NCBI GenBank assembly: GCA_963816185.1
Contig: CAWFJJ010000030.1
Coordinates: 96,001 to 160,000, forward strand
Source of the DNA: Thermoanaerobaculia bacterium
GTDB lineage: Bacteria > Acidobacteriota > Thermoanaerobaculia > UBA5066
DNA length: 64,000 nt
Reading direction: 5' to 3'
This document shows, one piece after another, positions 29,421 through 39,618 of this stretch; the first letter of the stretch is position 1, and each line of letters starts with the position of its first letter. The notes under the pieces were generated by a model. The model saw nothing but the letters and a program-made list of their open reading frames with translations. It was not told where the DNA came from and did not search any database. The position numbers and the translations under genes are program-made.

Positions 29421-30656
29421 TCACCCTTCCCCGGATACGACGGCCTGATAGGTCGTTCCGGCCTTCAGGCGCAGGCGTCCCTTCGTGGGCAGGCCGAAGA
29501 GGCGGATGAAGCCGGCGGCGTCGGCGGGCGTGTAGCCGCGCATGTCGAACGAGGCCAGGTGCGCCGAGTAGAGCGCGTGCGGCGACGTTCGGCCGACGAC
29601 CGAGGAGGAGCCCTTGAAGAGCTTGAGCGTGACGTCGCCCGTCACGGTCGGCATGAGCGCGTTCATGAAAGCGTCGAGCGCCTCCCGAAGTGGCGAGAAC
29701 CATTGCCCGAAGTACACGAGCTCGGCGTAGCGCGCGGCGAGCTTCTCCTTCTCGTGGACGCTGTCGCGGTCGAGCGTGAGCGTCTCGAGCGCTCGGAGCG
29801 CCTGGACGAGCAGCGTCCCGCCCGGCGTCTCGTAGACGCCGCGCGACTTGATTCCGATCAGCCGGTTCTCGACGATGTCCACCCGGCCGACGCCGTGCCC
29901 GCCGCCGAGTTCGTTGAGCTTCTGGATGAGTGGAACGGGCGCGAGCCTCTGGCCGTTCACGGCCACGGGCAGGCCGGCTGCGAAGGAGATCGTGACGCGC
30001 TCGGGGGCATCCGGCGCCTTCTCGGGATCGACCGTGAGCTTGAACATGGAAGGCTCGGGCTCGAAGCCGGGCTCCTCCAGCGGGCCGCCCTCGTGCGAGA
30101 GATGCCAGAGGTTGCGGTCGCGCGAATAGGAATCCTTCTTCGTCGCGGAGACGGGAATGCCCCGCGCCGCGGCATAGTCGATGGCGTCCTCGCGCGACGT
30201 GATGTTCCACTCGCGCCACGGCGCGATGATCGCGAGCTCCGGCGCGAGCGCCATGTACGCGAGCTCGAACCGGACCTGGTCGTTGCCCTTCCCGGTGCAG
30301 CCGTGCGCGAACGCGTCGCAGCCCGTCGCGAGCGCGACCTCGACCTGTTTCTTGGCGATGAGGGGGCGCGCAGTCGCGGTGCCGAGGAGGTAGTCGTGCT
30401 CGTATGCGGCACCCGCTTTGAGGACCGGGAAAAGATAATCCCTCGCGAACTCGTCCTTCGCGTCGACGAGGAAGAACTCGGAGGCGCCGGTCTTCTTCGC
30501 CTTCTCCTCGAGGCCGGAGGTCTCCTCGGCCTGGCCGACGTCGACGGCCACGGCAACGACCTCACAGCCGTAGTTCTCCTTGAGCCAGGGAATGATGATG
30601 GATGTGTCGAGCCCGCCCGAGTAGGCGAGCGCGACCTTCTTGACCTTCGGTTTCAC
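29421..30656 (-). CDS. argG: Argininosuccinate synthase
   Basis: [34 protein letters not shown]; GTG start overlaps the argD stop. Confidence 0.97.
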   Translation of the reverse strand: MKPKVKKVALAYSGGLDTSIIIPWLKENYGCEVVAVAVDVGQAEETSGLEEKAKKTGASEFFLVDAKDEFARDYLFPVLKAGAAYEHDYLLGTATARPLIAKKQVEVALATGCDAFAHGCTGKGNDQVRFELAYMALAPELAIIAPWREWNITSREDAIDYAAARGIPVSATKKDSYSRDRNLWHLSHEGGPLEEPGFEPEPSMFKLTVDPEKAPDAPERVTISFAAGLPVAVNGQRLAPVPLIQKLNELGGGHGVGRVDIVENRLIGIKSRGVYETPGGTLLVQALRALETLTLDRDSVHEKEKLAARYAELVYFGQWFSPLREALDAFMNALMPTVTGDVTLKLFKGSSSVVGRTSPHALYSAHLASFDMRGYTPADAAGFIRLFGLPTKGRLRLKAGTTYQAVVSGEG

Positions 30657-31867
30657 GAGACTCTCTCCTTCGGCGGCTCGTGGAGGGTCTCCTCGAGCGC
30701 CTTGATGAATCCGGACAGGGCCGGGCGCGGCACGACATACGGAGGCAGCAGGCGCAGCACCTTCGCCCGGGACGTCCCGACGACGAAGCCCTTCGTCAGG
30801 AGCGCCCTCTGAGCCTCGACGGCGTCCCGGTCCAGCTCCACGCCCCACATGAGGCCGCGACCGCGGACGTCCACGATCGCGCCCTTGCTGCGCTTCTTCG
30901 CGCTCCGGAGCTTCTTCCCGAACCACTCCCCCGTCTCGCGGATCCTCTCGAGGAGGCCGCCGTCGACGATCTCGGAAAGCGTCTCGAGGCCGAGGCGGCA
31001 CGCGATCGGGTTGCCGCCGAACGTCGTCCCGTGGTGCCCGGGCTTGACGAGCGGCGCGATCCGCTCGCCGACGAGGACGGCTCCGAGAGGAAGGCCGCCG
31101 CCCAAGGGCTTGGCGAGGGTCACGAGATCGGGTGCCGCTCCCATCTCCTGGAAGACGAAGAGGTGGCCCGTGCGCCCGAGGCCCGACTGGATCTCGTCGA
31201 ACACGAGCGCCGCGCCCACGCGGTCCGCCGCTGCGCGCGCGGCCCGTGCGTACTCGACCGTCAGGGGAACGATGCCTCCCTCGCCGAGGATCGGCTCGAG
31301 AAAGATCGCGGCCACCTCCGGCGTGGCGGCGCGCTCGAGGGCCGCGACGTCGTTCGGGGGAAGGAAGATCGTCTCGCCCACGAGCGGCTCGAACGGCTTG
31401 CGGTACGCCTCGTTGCCCGTGAGCGCGAGCGCTCCCATCGTGCGCCCGTGAAAGCCGCCCTCGAGCGCGAGCATCCGGCTTCGCCCCGGCGCGGCGAGTC
31501 GCGTGAACTTCACGGCGGCCTCGACGGCCTCCGTGCCGCTGTTACAGAAGAAGACGCGGGGCATCCCGGAGAGGTGCGTGAGGCGCTCGGCGAGAAGACC
31601 CTGGGCCGGGTGGTAGAAGAGGTTCGAGACGTGGAGAAGGTGGTTCGCCTCCTCGCGGAGAGCCTTCACGAGGCGCGGATGCCGGTGACCGAGCGCGTTC
31701 ACGGCTATCCCGGCGAGGAGATCCCAGTAGACCTTTCCCTCGGCGTCGACGATCTTCGCGCCCTTTCCCGCGCGGGGATGAAAGGACGTGCGTTTGTACG
31801 TGCCGAGGATGTTCTCGGCGTCCCGCTTTTCGACGAGCGACGGGGATTCAGGCGGCGGCTGCTGCAA
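30653..31867 (-). CDS. argD: Acetylornithine aminotransferase
   Basis: [43 protein letters not shown]. Confidence 0.95.
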   Translation of the reverse strand: MQQPPPESPSLVEKRDAENILGTYKRTSFHPRAGKGAKIVDAEGKVYWDLLAGIAVNALGHRHPRLVKALREEANHLLHVSNLFYHPAQGLLAERLTHLSGMPRVFFCNSGTEAVEAAVKFTRLAAPGRSRMLALEGGFHGRTMGALALTGNEAYRKPFEPLVGETIFLPPNDVAALERAATPEVAAIFLEPILGEGGIVPLTVEYARAARAAADRVGAALVFDEIQSGLGRTGHLFVFQEMGAAPDLVTLAKPLGGGLPLGAVLVGERIAPLVKPGHHGTTFGGNPIACRLGLETLSEIVDGGLLERIRETGEWFGKKLRSAKKRSKGAIVDVRGRGLMWGVELDRDAVEAQRALLTKGFVVGTSRAKVLRLLPPYVVPRPALSGFIKALEETLHEPPKERVS

Positions 31868-32651
31868 GGCGGGTCCCTCCGATGCCGTCGGTCAGAGCCG
31901 AGGCGTGGCCGTTCGGTCCAGCGATGACGACCTGTGAGACGCCCGCCTTCACCGCTTCGAGGCAGGCGACGAGCTTCGGGCGCATTCCCCCGGCCACGGC
32001 GCCGGACGACAGGAGCGCCCAGGCCGAATCCGGGTCGAGCTCCGGCACGAGCTTTCCCTGGGCGTCGAGGAGGCCCTCGACGTCCGTGAGGAAGACGAGT
32101 CTCTCGGCCCTCAGCGCCGCCGCGAGCGCGGAAGCGGCCGAGTCGGCATTCACGTTGAGGAGCGTCCCCTCGCGCCCGAGCGCGACGGAAGCGACGATGG
32201 GCAGCAGGTCGGCGCCGAGGATCGCGCCGATGAGCTTCGGATTCGAGAACGTGACGCGCCCGACGAACCCGAAGTCCACGCCGTCGAGGCGAGGATGGAA
32301 CTCGGCCCACAGGGTCTCGCCGTCCGCGCCCGAGAGTCCCGCCGCCGTGACTCCGAGCGAGCGGAACTCGGCCACCAGCGACTTGTTCACGAGGCCCGAC
32401 AGAATCGAGACGACGACGTCGAGCGTCTCGGGATCCGTGATCCGAAGCCCGCGATACGTCTTCTTCGGGATCTTGAGCGCCTGCAGCGAGGCGTCGATCC
32501 GCTTGCCGCCGCCGTGCACGACGACGATGCGCGAGCCCGCGGTCCATCGGGCCGCGATGGCGGCGAGCGCCCGCGCGCGGAGCGCGGGCTCCTCGAGAAG
32601 GCTCCCGCCCAGCTTGACGACGATGGGCCGTCCGACGTGGGTCGCACTCAC
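31848..32651 (-). CDS. argB: Acetylglutamate kinase
   Basis: VVKLGGS, VHGGG, GLRITD, NVNAD, LTDVEG, GGMRPK. Confidence 0.96.
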   Translation of the reverse strand: MSATHVGRPIVVKLGGSLLEEPALRARALAAIAARWTAGSRIVVVHGGGKRIDASLQALKIPKKTYRGLRITDPETLDVVVSILSGLVNKSLVAEFRSLGVTAAGLSGADGETLWAEFHPRLDGVDFGFVGRVTFSNPKLIGAILGADLLPIVASVALGREGTLLNVNADSAASALAAALRAERLVFLTDVEGLLDAQGKLVPELDPDSAWALLSSGAVAGGMRPKLVACLEAVKAGVSQVVIAGPNGHASALTDGIGGTRLAAAAA

Positions 32652-33673
32652 GCGAGGCCCTCCGTCTCCGGATGTCCGAACAGCCGGTTCATGTTCTGGA
32701 CGGCGGAGGACGCCGCGCCTTTGAGCAGGTTGTCGAGCGCGGAGACGAGGACGCCGCGCCGACCGCCCGCCAGAACCGCAAATCCGATTTCCGCGCGCGG
32801 CGTGCCGACGACGTCGCGCAGCTCAGGCAGCTCTCCGGCCGCCCGGACGCGCACGAAGGGAGTCTTGTCGTACGGCTTCGCGTACGCGGCCGCGAGGGTT
32901 TCGTCCGTCTGGGGCTCCGCGAAGGTGACGTGGAGCGTCGAGAGCAGCCCGCGTACGACCGGGAGGAGGTGAGGCACGAAGACGAACGGCGCATCGGGCG
33001 GAAGGCCCAGGCTCTGCCGCATCTCCGGCTCGTGCCGGTGCACGCCGACCCCGTAGGCCTTGAAATTGCCGTCGAGCTCCGAGAAGGAGTAGGCGACCTC
33101 ACTCTTTTTCCCCGCCCCCGAGACCCCGCTCACGCTGTCGCAGATGACGGGCTGACCTTTTTCGAGGAGAGGGAGCAAGGGCTTGAGAGCGAGGAGGACG
33201 GACGTCGGATAGCAGCCCGGATTCGCGACGAGCCGTGCGCCGGAAAGCTCCTCACCGCACCACTCGGTGAGGCCGTAGACCGCTTCCTCGAGGAGCCGGG
33301 GCGCGGGATGCTCGAAGCCGTACCACTTCGGGTAGGCGGCCGCGTCACGAAGGCGGAAGACCCCGGAAATATCGATGACCTTCGCGCCAAAATCGAGGAT
33401 CTTGGGCGCGAGCGCGGCCGACGTCTCGTTCGGCGTTGCCAGGAAGACGACGTCCGGCCGAGCCGCCTCGAGACGCTTCTCGGAGAACGGCTCGGCATCC
33501 GGCCCGAGAGCGCGCCCGAGCATCGGATGAAGACGCTCGAACGGGACGGGGCGCCCGTCCTTTCTGCCGGAGGAGAACACGGAGACGATCTCGGCGCGGG
33601 GGTGGCGCGAGAGAAGCGCGCACAGCTCCGCTCCCGAGTACCCCGTGGCCCCGACGACGGCGGCGCGCGTCAA
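32648..33673 (-). CDS. argC: N-acetyl-gamma-glutamyl-phosphate reductase
   Basis: VGATGYSG, ANPGCYPT, SGVSGAG, HRHEPE, DNLLKGAA; TTG start overlaps the argR stop. Confidence 0.96.
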   Translation of the reverse strand: MTRAAVVGATGYSGAELCALLSRHPRAEIVSVFSSGRKDGRPVPFERLHPMLGRALGPDAEPFSEKRLEAARPDVVFLATPNETSAALAPKILDFGAKVIDISGVFRLRDAAAYPKWYGFEHPAPRLLEEAVYGLTEWCGEELSGARLVANPGCYPTSVLLALKPLLPLLEKGQPVICDSVSGVSGAGKKSEVAYSFSELDGNFKAYGVGVHRHEPEMRQSLGLPPDAPFVFVPHLLPVVRGLLSTLHVTFAEPQTDETLAAAYAKPYDKTPFVRVRAAGELPELRDVVGTPRAEIGFAVLAGGRRGVLVSALDNLLKGAASSAVQNMNRLFGHPETEGLA

Positions 33674-34170
33674 CTGCGCCCCCGCCGGGGCCGTCCCGGC
33701 TGCAGGCCTGAGGCGAGGCGCCGGGCGAGCCTCTGCGCGATGGCGCCCGTCGCTGCCGCGAGGAAGATCGTGTCGTCGCCGGCAATCGTGCCCACGGCCC
33801 CCTCGAGCGCGGCCTCGTCCAGGGCGCGCGCCACGGGGTCCGCCGTCGCCGGAGGCGTCTTGAGGACGACGAGGTTTCCCGCCGTCGCGACGTCGAGCAC
33901 CCACTCGCGGAGCGCGCGCTCGAGGCGCCCCTCGCGCCGGGATTTGAGGTCGCCGTCGGCCTGTGGCGCCTCCGCGCCGGGCACGACGTAGCCGGCAGCG
34001 GACTTCGCGAGGCCGAGATCCTTGAGATCCCGCGAGAGCGTGGGCTGAGCCACGTCGATCCCGCGGCGTTGGAGGCGGTGCTGCAGCTCTTCCTGGGAGT
34101 GCACGGCACCGTCGCGGATGACCTTCAGGATCTCGTCTCGCCGCCTCAGCGCGGTCGAATGACTATTCAC
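33670..34170 (-). CDS. argR: Arginine repressor
   Basis: SQEEL, QPTLSRDL, GTIAGDDTIF. Confidence 0.96.
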   Translation of the reverse strand: MNSHSTALRRRDEILKVIRDGAVHSQEELQHRLQRRGIDVAQPTLSRDLKDLGLAKSAAGYVVPGAEAPQADGDLKSRREGRLERALREWVLDVATAGNLVVLKTPPATADPVARALDEAALEGAVGTIAGDDTIFLAAATGAIAQRLARRLASGLQPGRPRRGRS

Positions 34171-34191
34171 AAATTTGAATATTCATTCATT
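34154..34191. promoter_or_regulatory. Tandem ARG boxes overlapping the argR start and promoter
   Basis: gtcGAATgactATTCAca and ttTGAATattcATTCAtt, 2 bp apart; minus-strand TTGACG at 34201-34206. Confidence 0.85.
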
Positions 34192-34302
34192 TAGGCCGCG
34201 CGTCAAGCTTTTTCTTTTGCAATGAAACAGGCGGGTCCGCGGTCCTTCGAGGGCTAGAATTCCTCCGATGAGCTGTCGCGTCTCCCGCCGGGTGGCGCCG
34301 GG

Positions 34303-34866
34303 GTGAGCCCTTCGCCCTTCTCCGACCCGTTCGAGGCCGAGATCGGCCGGCTGCCGGAAAAGCTGCGGCGCTTTTTCCTGTCGCGTGGCGTGCGAACGGA
34401 GGACGACGCCCGGGATCTCGCGCAGGAGACGCTCCTGCGCGTCCTGCAGCGGCTGTCGCGCGGCGAGCTGCTGGACTCGCCCGAGGCCTTCTCCCTCGGA
34501 GTCGCGAAGAACGTCTTCTTCGAGTACTGCCGCCGCGTGGCGAAATCTCACGCTCACGACGGCCTCTCCGGCGCCGTGGAGCTTGCCGGAGCCGAGGATC
34601 CCCTGACGGACGCTCTCGCGTCGAGCCAGGCGATCGTCTTTCGCAAGGCGCTCGAGCTCCTGCCCGAGCGCATGAAGAGCCTTCTCGTAAAGCGGTTCGT
34701 GGATGAGGTTCCGTCGCGCACGATCGCCCGCGAGGAGGGAATCTCGACGGACGCCATCGACATGCGCGTCTATCGTGCGAAACGCGAGCTGAAGAAGCGC
34801 ATGGATCGCGAAAGGGCGGCGCGGGGGAACGGAGCTCCGCCTCCGGACCCGGATCTCCCTTCGTGA
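34303..34866 (+). CDS. ECF RNA polymerase sigma factor
   Basis: DARDLAQETLLRV (sigma2), LELLPER…IAREEGIS…RVYRAKREL (sigma4). Confidence 0.88.
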   Translation: MSPSPFSDPFEAEIGRLPEKLRRFFLSRGVRTEDDARDLAQETLLRVLQRLSRGELLDSPEAFSLGVAKNVFFEYCRRVAKSHAHDGLSGAVELAGAEDPLTDALASSQAIVFRKALELLPERMKSLLVKRFVDEVPSRTIAREEGISTDAIDMRVYRAKRELKKRMDRERAARGNGAPPPDPDLPS

Positions 34867-35693
34867 GCGTCTCGTCGCCCGGATCCGGGGAGATCCGCGA
34901 CTACCTCCTCCGCCGCATGACCGATACGGCGCGGGGCCGTTTCGAGGAGGCCTACTTTCGCGACGACACGCTGCTGGACCGCATCGAAGCCGAGGAAGAT
35001 GCTCTCGTCTCCGACTACGTCCTCGGACATCTGAGCGACGTCGAGAGGCGCCTCTTCGAGGAGTCGCTTCTCGGGACGCCTTACTACCGCGAACGGGTCG
35101 AAACCACGAACCGTCTCCGGCTGAAGGTGAACTCAACCGCGCTTTTTCCGCCTCGCGTGAGCATCGCTGCCGCCGCCGACGCGCGCCTCTTCCCGGGGCG
35201 CACGGGTGTCGCCGTGGCGTTTTCTCTCCTGGCGCTCCTGCTCGTCGCGGCGCTTCTCTCCGCGCTTCGCCTCAAGAGCGACCTTTCGCACGCGCGGCTG
35301 GAGCTCGCGGCGAGACCGACGGCCGTTGCCGGTCCAGCCGCGCGGGCAGGCACCGTCCCGCTCGCTCAGTCGGTCGTCCTCGGCGCCGAGCGCTCCTTCG
35401 GTCCTGCGATTGCGAGCCTCAGGCGCGCGCCGGGCGGCGCGATCCTCCTGAGCTTTCCGCGGGCGGTTCTCGGACGGCAAAACGAGCCCTTTTCGGTCGT
35501 TCTTTCCGACGGCAAGAATGCGGCCTGGGAATCCGCCGTCTTCCCTACGAAGGAGATGGATGACGGAGACGTGTCGCTGCGGCTGCCGCCGGGTGTACCT
35601 CCCGCCGGCGCCTACTCGGTCCTTCTCAGGACTCCGGGTGCGCCGGACCGCCCGGAAATCCTGCTCGGAGTCCTCGAGATCTTGGACCGTTAG
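34863..35693 (+). CDS. Putative membrane-anchored anti-sigma factor
   Basis: GTGA-coupled to the sigma gene; duplicated YLL…RFEE / YVLG.LS..ERR.FE N-terminus, one TM, Ig-like C-terminus. Confidence 0.7.
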   Translation: MSVSSPGSGEIRDYLLRRMTDTARGRFEEAYFRDDTLLDRIEAEEDALVSDYVLGHLSDVERRLFEESLLGTPYYRERVETTNRLRLKVNSTALFPPRVSIAAAADARLFPGRTGVAVAFSLLALLLVAALLSALRLKSDLSHARLELAARPTAVAGPAARAGTVPLAQSVVLGAERSFGPAIASLRRAPGGAILLSFPRAVLGRQNEPFSVVLSDGKNAAWESAVFPTKEMDDGDVSLRLPPGVPPAGAYSVLLRTPGAPDRPEILLGVLEILDR

Positions 35694-36331
35694 GGGCGGA
35701 GGCCGTTCAGGAAGAGCGACGCGAACGCCTCCCCGATCTCGTCCGCGGAGGCCCCGCCCCCCGCCCGATACCAGCGCGCCATCCAGTTCAGGGCGCCGAG
35801 GATCGCGAATGCCGTGATCTTCGGATCGACCGGGCGAAAGATCGTCTTCGCCACGCCCTCGGCGATCACGTCGCGCAGGCTCGCTTCGTAGGCATCGCGG
35901 ACGCTCACGACGGCGGCACGCCGCCGCGCGTCGAGCGCGTCGAACTGGAGCGCGAGCGCGGTCCCGTGAAACTTGTCCACCATGACGCGGGCGTGCTCCA
36001 CGACGATCCGGCGCAGAGCCTGATCAGGGGGCAGCGCGGACGCCCGCACGCGCTCGGCCACGTCGAGCATCGCCTGGTTCGCGGTCTCGTGGCAGAGCGC
36101 GAGGATCTCTTCCTTGTCGCGAAAGTAGTAATAGAGGCTGCCTCGCGTCAGCAGAAGCTCCTCGGCGATGTCGTCCATCGAGGTGCCGTAGAACCCTTTC
36201 GCCGCGAAGCTGCGCACGGCGCTCTCCAGGATCCGCGCGCGCTTGGCCTTGCGTTTCGTCGCCACGTGCGCCGAGGGTGTCCGGCGGCGGGCGGCACTGC
36301 CCCGCGTTCCGGCTATTTCCTTGCGCGACAT
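35690..36331 (-). CDS. TetR family regulator (KstR2-like C-terminus)
   Basis: ILESAVRSFAAKGFYGTSMDDIA…GSLYYYFRDKEE; ILGALNWMARWYR. Confidence 0.92.
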   Translation of the reverse strand: MSRKEIAGTRGSAARRRTPSAHVATKRKAKRARILESAVRSFAAKGFYGTSMDDIAEELLLTRGSLYYYFRDKEEILALCHETANQAMLDVAERVRASALPPDQALRRIVVEHARVMVDKFHGTALALQFDALDARRRAAVVSVRDAYEASLRDVIAEGVAKTIFRPVDPKITAFAILGALNWMARWYRAGGGASADEIGEAFASLFLNGLRP

Positions 36332-36368
36332 GGCGCCCGAGATCTTAGGCCCCCGGACTTCCGGAACG

Positions 36369-36397
36369 AAAAAGGCCCCGCGCGGGAAGCGGGGCCG
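36369..36397 (-). terminator. Terminator after tRNA-Pro
   Basis: Minus strand ggccccgc…gcggggcc followed by ttttt. Confidence 0.65.
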
Positions 36398-36409
36398 AGG
36401 CGTGAGGAA

Positions 36410-36486
<77 letters not shown>

Positions 36487-36559
36487 AGGAGCGCGGACGA
36501 TACCATCCGGGACCGTTCCCGCGCCAGCTTGCACGCGAACGCGAAAGTCGGGCATGGCG

Positions 36560-36586
36560 TGTCGAATTCCGCCGTTCCCGTTCGAC
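36560..36586 (+). promoter_or_regulatory. ECF42-type promoter
   Basis: TGTCGA-N17-CGAC upstream of an ECF42-type sigma gene. Confidence 0.6.
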
Positions 36587-36657
36587 TAGTCCATGACGGC
36601 GTCAAAGACAGCGCCGGCGAAAGGAAGGAAAACCATGGAATACCTGCTGCTCGGCCC

Positions 36658-37905
36658 ATGGATCTCGACCGCTTTTTCCGCGAGGAGCGCGGACGCATCC
36701 TCGCGAGTCTCATCCGGCTCCTCGGAGATTTCGACCGTGCCGAAGAGGCGATGCAGGACGCGTTCGCGATCGCGGCGGAGACCTGGCCACGCCAGGGAAT
36801 TCCCGCGAGCCCGCGGGCCTGGATCGTCGGAATCGCGCGGCACAAGGCGCTCGACCGCTTGCGGCGCGAACGGATCTTCGCGGCGAAGGCGCCGCTCCTC
36901 CGGGAGGAGGAAACCGTGGGCAGCGCCGCGGATGCGGCTGACGAGCTCCCGGACGACCGCCTGCGCCTCGTCTTCACGTGCTGTCATCCGGCGCTCGCGC
37001 TCGAGGCCCAGATCGCGCTCACGCTCCACACGCTCGGCGGCCTCACGACCGAAGAGCTCGCGCGCGCCTTCCTCGTCCCCGTGCCGACGATGGCTCAGCG
37101 CCTCGTGCGGGCGAAGCGGAAGATTCGCGACGCGGCCATCCCGTATCGCATTCCCGCGCGCGACGAGCTGCCCGAGCGGATCGACGGGGTGCTCGCCACG
37201 CTCTACCTTATATTCAACGAGGGATATGCCGCGTCCTCGGGCGAGGCGCTCGTCCGGCGCGACCTGTCCGCGGAAGCGATCCGCCTGGCCCGTGTGCTCG
37301 CGGAGCTCCTTCCCGAAGAGCTCGAGCCTCGCGGACTTCTCGCGCTCATGCTGCTCGCGGACGCGCGGCGCGAGGCACGGGTCGACCGTAACGCCGACCT
37401 CGTCCTCCTCGAGGACCAGGACCGTTCGAAGTGGGATCGCGCGGAAATCGAGGAAGGGCTCGCGCTCGTTCCCTCTGCGCTCACCGGGCGCCCTCCCGGC
37501 CCGTATGCTCTCGAAGCGGCGATCGCCGCGCTGCACGCGCGTGCGCCACGCGCCGCCGATACCGACTGGCGGCAGATTGCCGCCATCTATGCCGTGCTCG
37601 AGAGCGTCCGCCCGTCCCCGGTCGTCGCGCTGAACCGGGCCGTGGCCGTTGCGATGGAGGAAGGGCCACAAGCCGGCCTCTCACTCGTCGGCGAGATCGA
37701 GCGCTCGGGCGCGCTCGACGGCTACTACCTTCTTCCCGCCGCGAAAGCCGACCTCCTCCGGCGCCTCGGCCGACATGCCGAGGCGGCGACGGCCTACCGC
37801 AAGGCGCTGGAGCTCGTCTCCACCGCGCCCGAACGGCGATTCCTCGCGCGAAGACTCGACGAAGTCACCCGCGCAGCCGCCTCGGGCCCGGCCGCGGCGC
37901 CGTAG
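36658..37905 (+). CDS. ECF42-type sigma factor with C-terminal TPR extension
   Basis: DDRLRLVFTCCHPAL, MAQRLVRAKRKI, LYLIFNEGY, LLEDQDRSKWD, TDWRQI, SPVVALNRAVA. Confidence 0.93.
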   Translation: MDLDRFFREERGRILASLIRLLGDFDRAEEAMQDAFAIAAETWPRQGIPASPRAWIVGIARHKALDRLRRERIFAAKAPLLREEETVGSAADAADELPDDRLRLVFTCCHPALALEAQIALTLHTLGGLTTEELARAFLVPVPTMAQRLVRAKRKIRDAAIPYRIPARDELPERIDGVLATLYLIFNEGYAASSGEALVRRDLSAEAIRLARVLAELLPEELEPRGLLALMLLADARREARVDRNADLVLLEDQDRSKWDRAEIEEGLALVPSALTGRPPGPYALEAAIAALHARAPRAADTDWRQIAAIYAVLESVRPSPVVALNRAVAVAMEEGPQAGLSLVGEIERSGALDGYYLLPAAKADLLRRLGRHAEAATAYRKALELVSTAPERRFLARRLDEVTRAAASGPAAAP

Positions 37906-39590
37906 CCGCGGGGGTCCGCGACCCCGGTGAGCGTTCCGTCCTTTTCGAACGCGATCGCATGAACCCTTCCGAGCGTCCCGCGCTCGAAGACGGCGTGCCC
38001 TTTCGCGCGCAGCGCCGCCTTCACGCTCTCGGGATACGCCCCGATCTCCACCTCGATGCGGTCCGGCAGGTGCTGGTGGTGGAAGCGCGGCGCGGCGACG
38101 GCCTCGGCGAGCGGCTCTCCGCGCGGGCCGGCGTTCAGGAAGACCTGCAGGACCGTCGTCGGAATCGTGGCTCCGCCCGGAGAGCCGAGGACGAAGCGAG
38201 GCCGGCCGTCCTCGAGAACGATCGTCGGCGTCATGGACGAGAGCGGTCGCCCGCCCGCGCGCACGGCGTTCGCCTCGCCCTGGACGAGGCCGTATGCGTT
38301 CGCGGTTCCGGGCACCGCCGAGAAATCGTCCATCTCGTTGTTGAGGAGGACTCCGACTCCCGGCACCATCGTGCCGTTTCCGAACGCGTCGTTCAGCGTG
38401 TACGTGAGCGCCACGGCGTCGCCGTCCACGGTCGCGGTGGAGAGGTGCGTCGTCTGAACGTGCTCGCCGGGCCACGCGCCGCCCGTTATCTCCCGTGACG
38501 GCGTGGCCCGCGCGGGGTCGATCGAGAAGCCGAGCGCAGCGAGGCGGGCGGGCGCGAGGAGTCGCGCGAGCGGCTCGTCCACGCAGTCGGCATCCCCGAG
38601 AAAGCGGTTCCGGTCGGCGTACGCGCGGCGCTCGGCTTCCGCGATTAGGTGAATGGTCTCCGGAGCGTCGCGGGACGAGATGTCCCCGCGCGCGAATCGA
38701 AGCTGCCCGAGGATGGACGCGAGAAGGAAACCGCCCGACGAGGGAGACGGCAGCGTCACGAGCCGAAAGCGGCCGTAGTCGAACACGAACGGGATCCGCC
38801 ACGACGGCGCATAGCCGGCGAGGTCCGCTTCCGTCAGGACTCCGCCGGTCGCGCGGACGAACTCCGCGATCCGGCGCGCGATCTCGCCGCGAAGAAACCC
38901 GTCCGCTCCCCTCGAGGCGATCGCCTCGAGCGTTCTCGCGAGATCCGGTTGCACGAGGAGCGTCCCCGCGGCGACGGGCTTTCCCTGCGGATAGAAGAGG
39001 CGCGCTGCCTCCGGATCGCGGGAGAGGACCCGCCGGACGCCGTCTTCGGCGAGGTCGCCGGAGAGGCCGGCAGGAACGCGGTATCCGTTCCGCGCGAGCT
39101 CGATCGCCGGTGCGACGAGCCGCTTCCATGGCAGGCGGCCGAATTTCCTGTGCAGGGCCTCGAGGCCGCGCACCGTTCCGGGTGTCGCCACCGCGAGCCC
39201 GCCGAAGCGCGAGGCCTGCGGCCGCGAGGCTCCTCGTGCGTCGAGATACGTGTTGCGCCAGGAACCGGCCGGCGCCGTCTCGCGGAAGTCCAGCGCGAAG
39301 AGGCCGCCCTCGGGGGTTCGCACCACCGCGAACCCTCCGCCCGCGAGGTTGCCGGCCTGGGGATACGTGACCGCGAGAACGAAGGCGGCGGCGATCGCCG
39401 CGTCGACCGCGCCGCCTCCGGCCGCGAGCACCCGGGCGCCCGCTGCGACGGATTCCGGCGTGGCGGCCGCGACCATGCCCCTCTTCGAGCGTGCCGCCGG
39501 CGGCTCGCCGAAGGGCGCGGAGGCGCGCACCGAAAGAGCGGTGAATGCCAGAACGAGCGCTCCGGTTCCGGCGACGAGGCGCGAGCGCAT
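37794..39590 (-). CDS. ggt: Gamma-glutamyltransferase
   Basis: AGNLAGGGF, LDFRETAP, QTTHLS, LLNNEMDDF, RPLSSMTP, GSPGG, ADPRG. Confidence 0.95.
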   Translation of the reverse strand: MRSRLVAGTGALVLAFTALSVRASAPFGEPPAARSKRGMVAAATPESVAAGARVLAAGGGAVDAAIAAAFVLAVTYPQAGNLAGGGFAVVRTPEGGLFALDFRETAPAGSWRNTYLDARGASRPQASRFGGLAVATPGTVRGLEALHRKFGRLPWKRLVAPAIELARNGYRVPAGLSGDLAEDGVRRVLSRDPEAARLFYPQGKPVAAGTLLVQPDLARTLEAIASRGADGFLRGEIARRIAEFVRATGGVLTEADLAGYAPSWRIPFVFDYGRFRLVTLPSPSSGGFLLASILGQLRFARGDISSRDAPETIHLIAEAERRAYADRNRFLGDADCVDEPLARLLAPARLAALGFSIDPARATPSREITGGAWPGEHVQTTHLSTATVDGDAVALTYTLNDAFGNGTMVPGVGVLLNNEMDDFSAVPGTANAYGLVQGEANAVRAGGRPLSSMTPTIVLEDGRPRFVLGSPGGATIPTTVLQVFLNAGPRGEPLAEAVAAPRFHHQHLPDRIEVEIGAYPESVKAALRAKGHAVFERGTLGRVHAIAFEKDGTLTGVADPRGYGAAAGPEAAARVTSSSLRARNRRSGAVETSSSALR

Positions 39591-39618
39591 GCGGCCCCAG
39601 CCTAGCAGTCGCAACGAA

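Noticed and set aside
37794-37905. 112-bp convergent overlap of ggt and the ECF42 gene
   Set aside because: Likely simple stop-codon drift in GC-rich DNA; the ggt tail beyond ADPRG carries no recognisable motif
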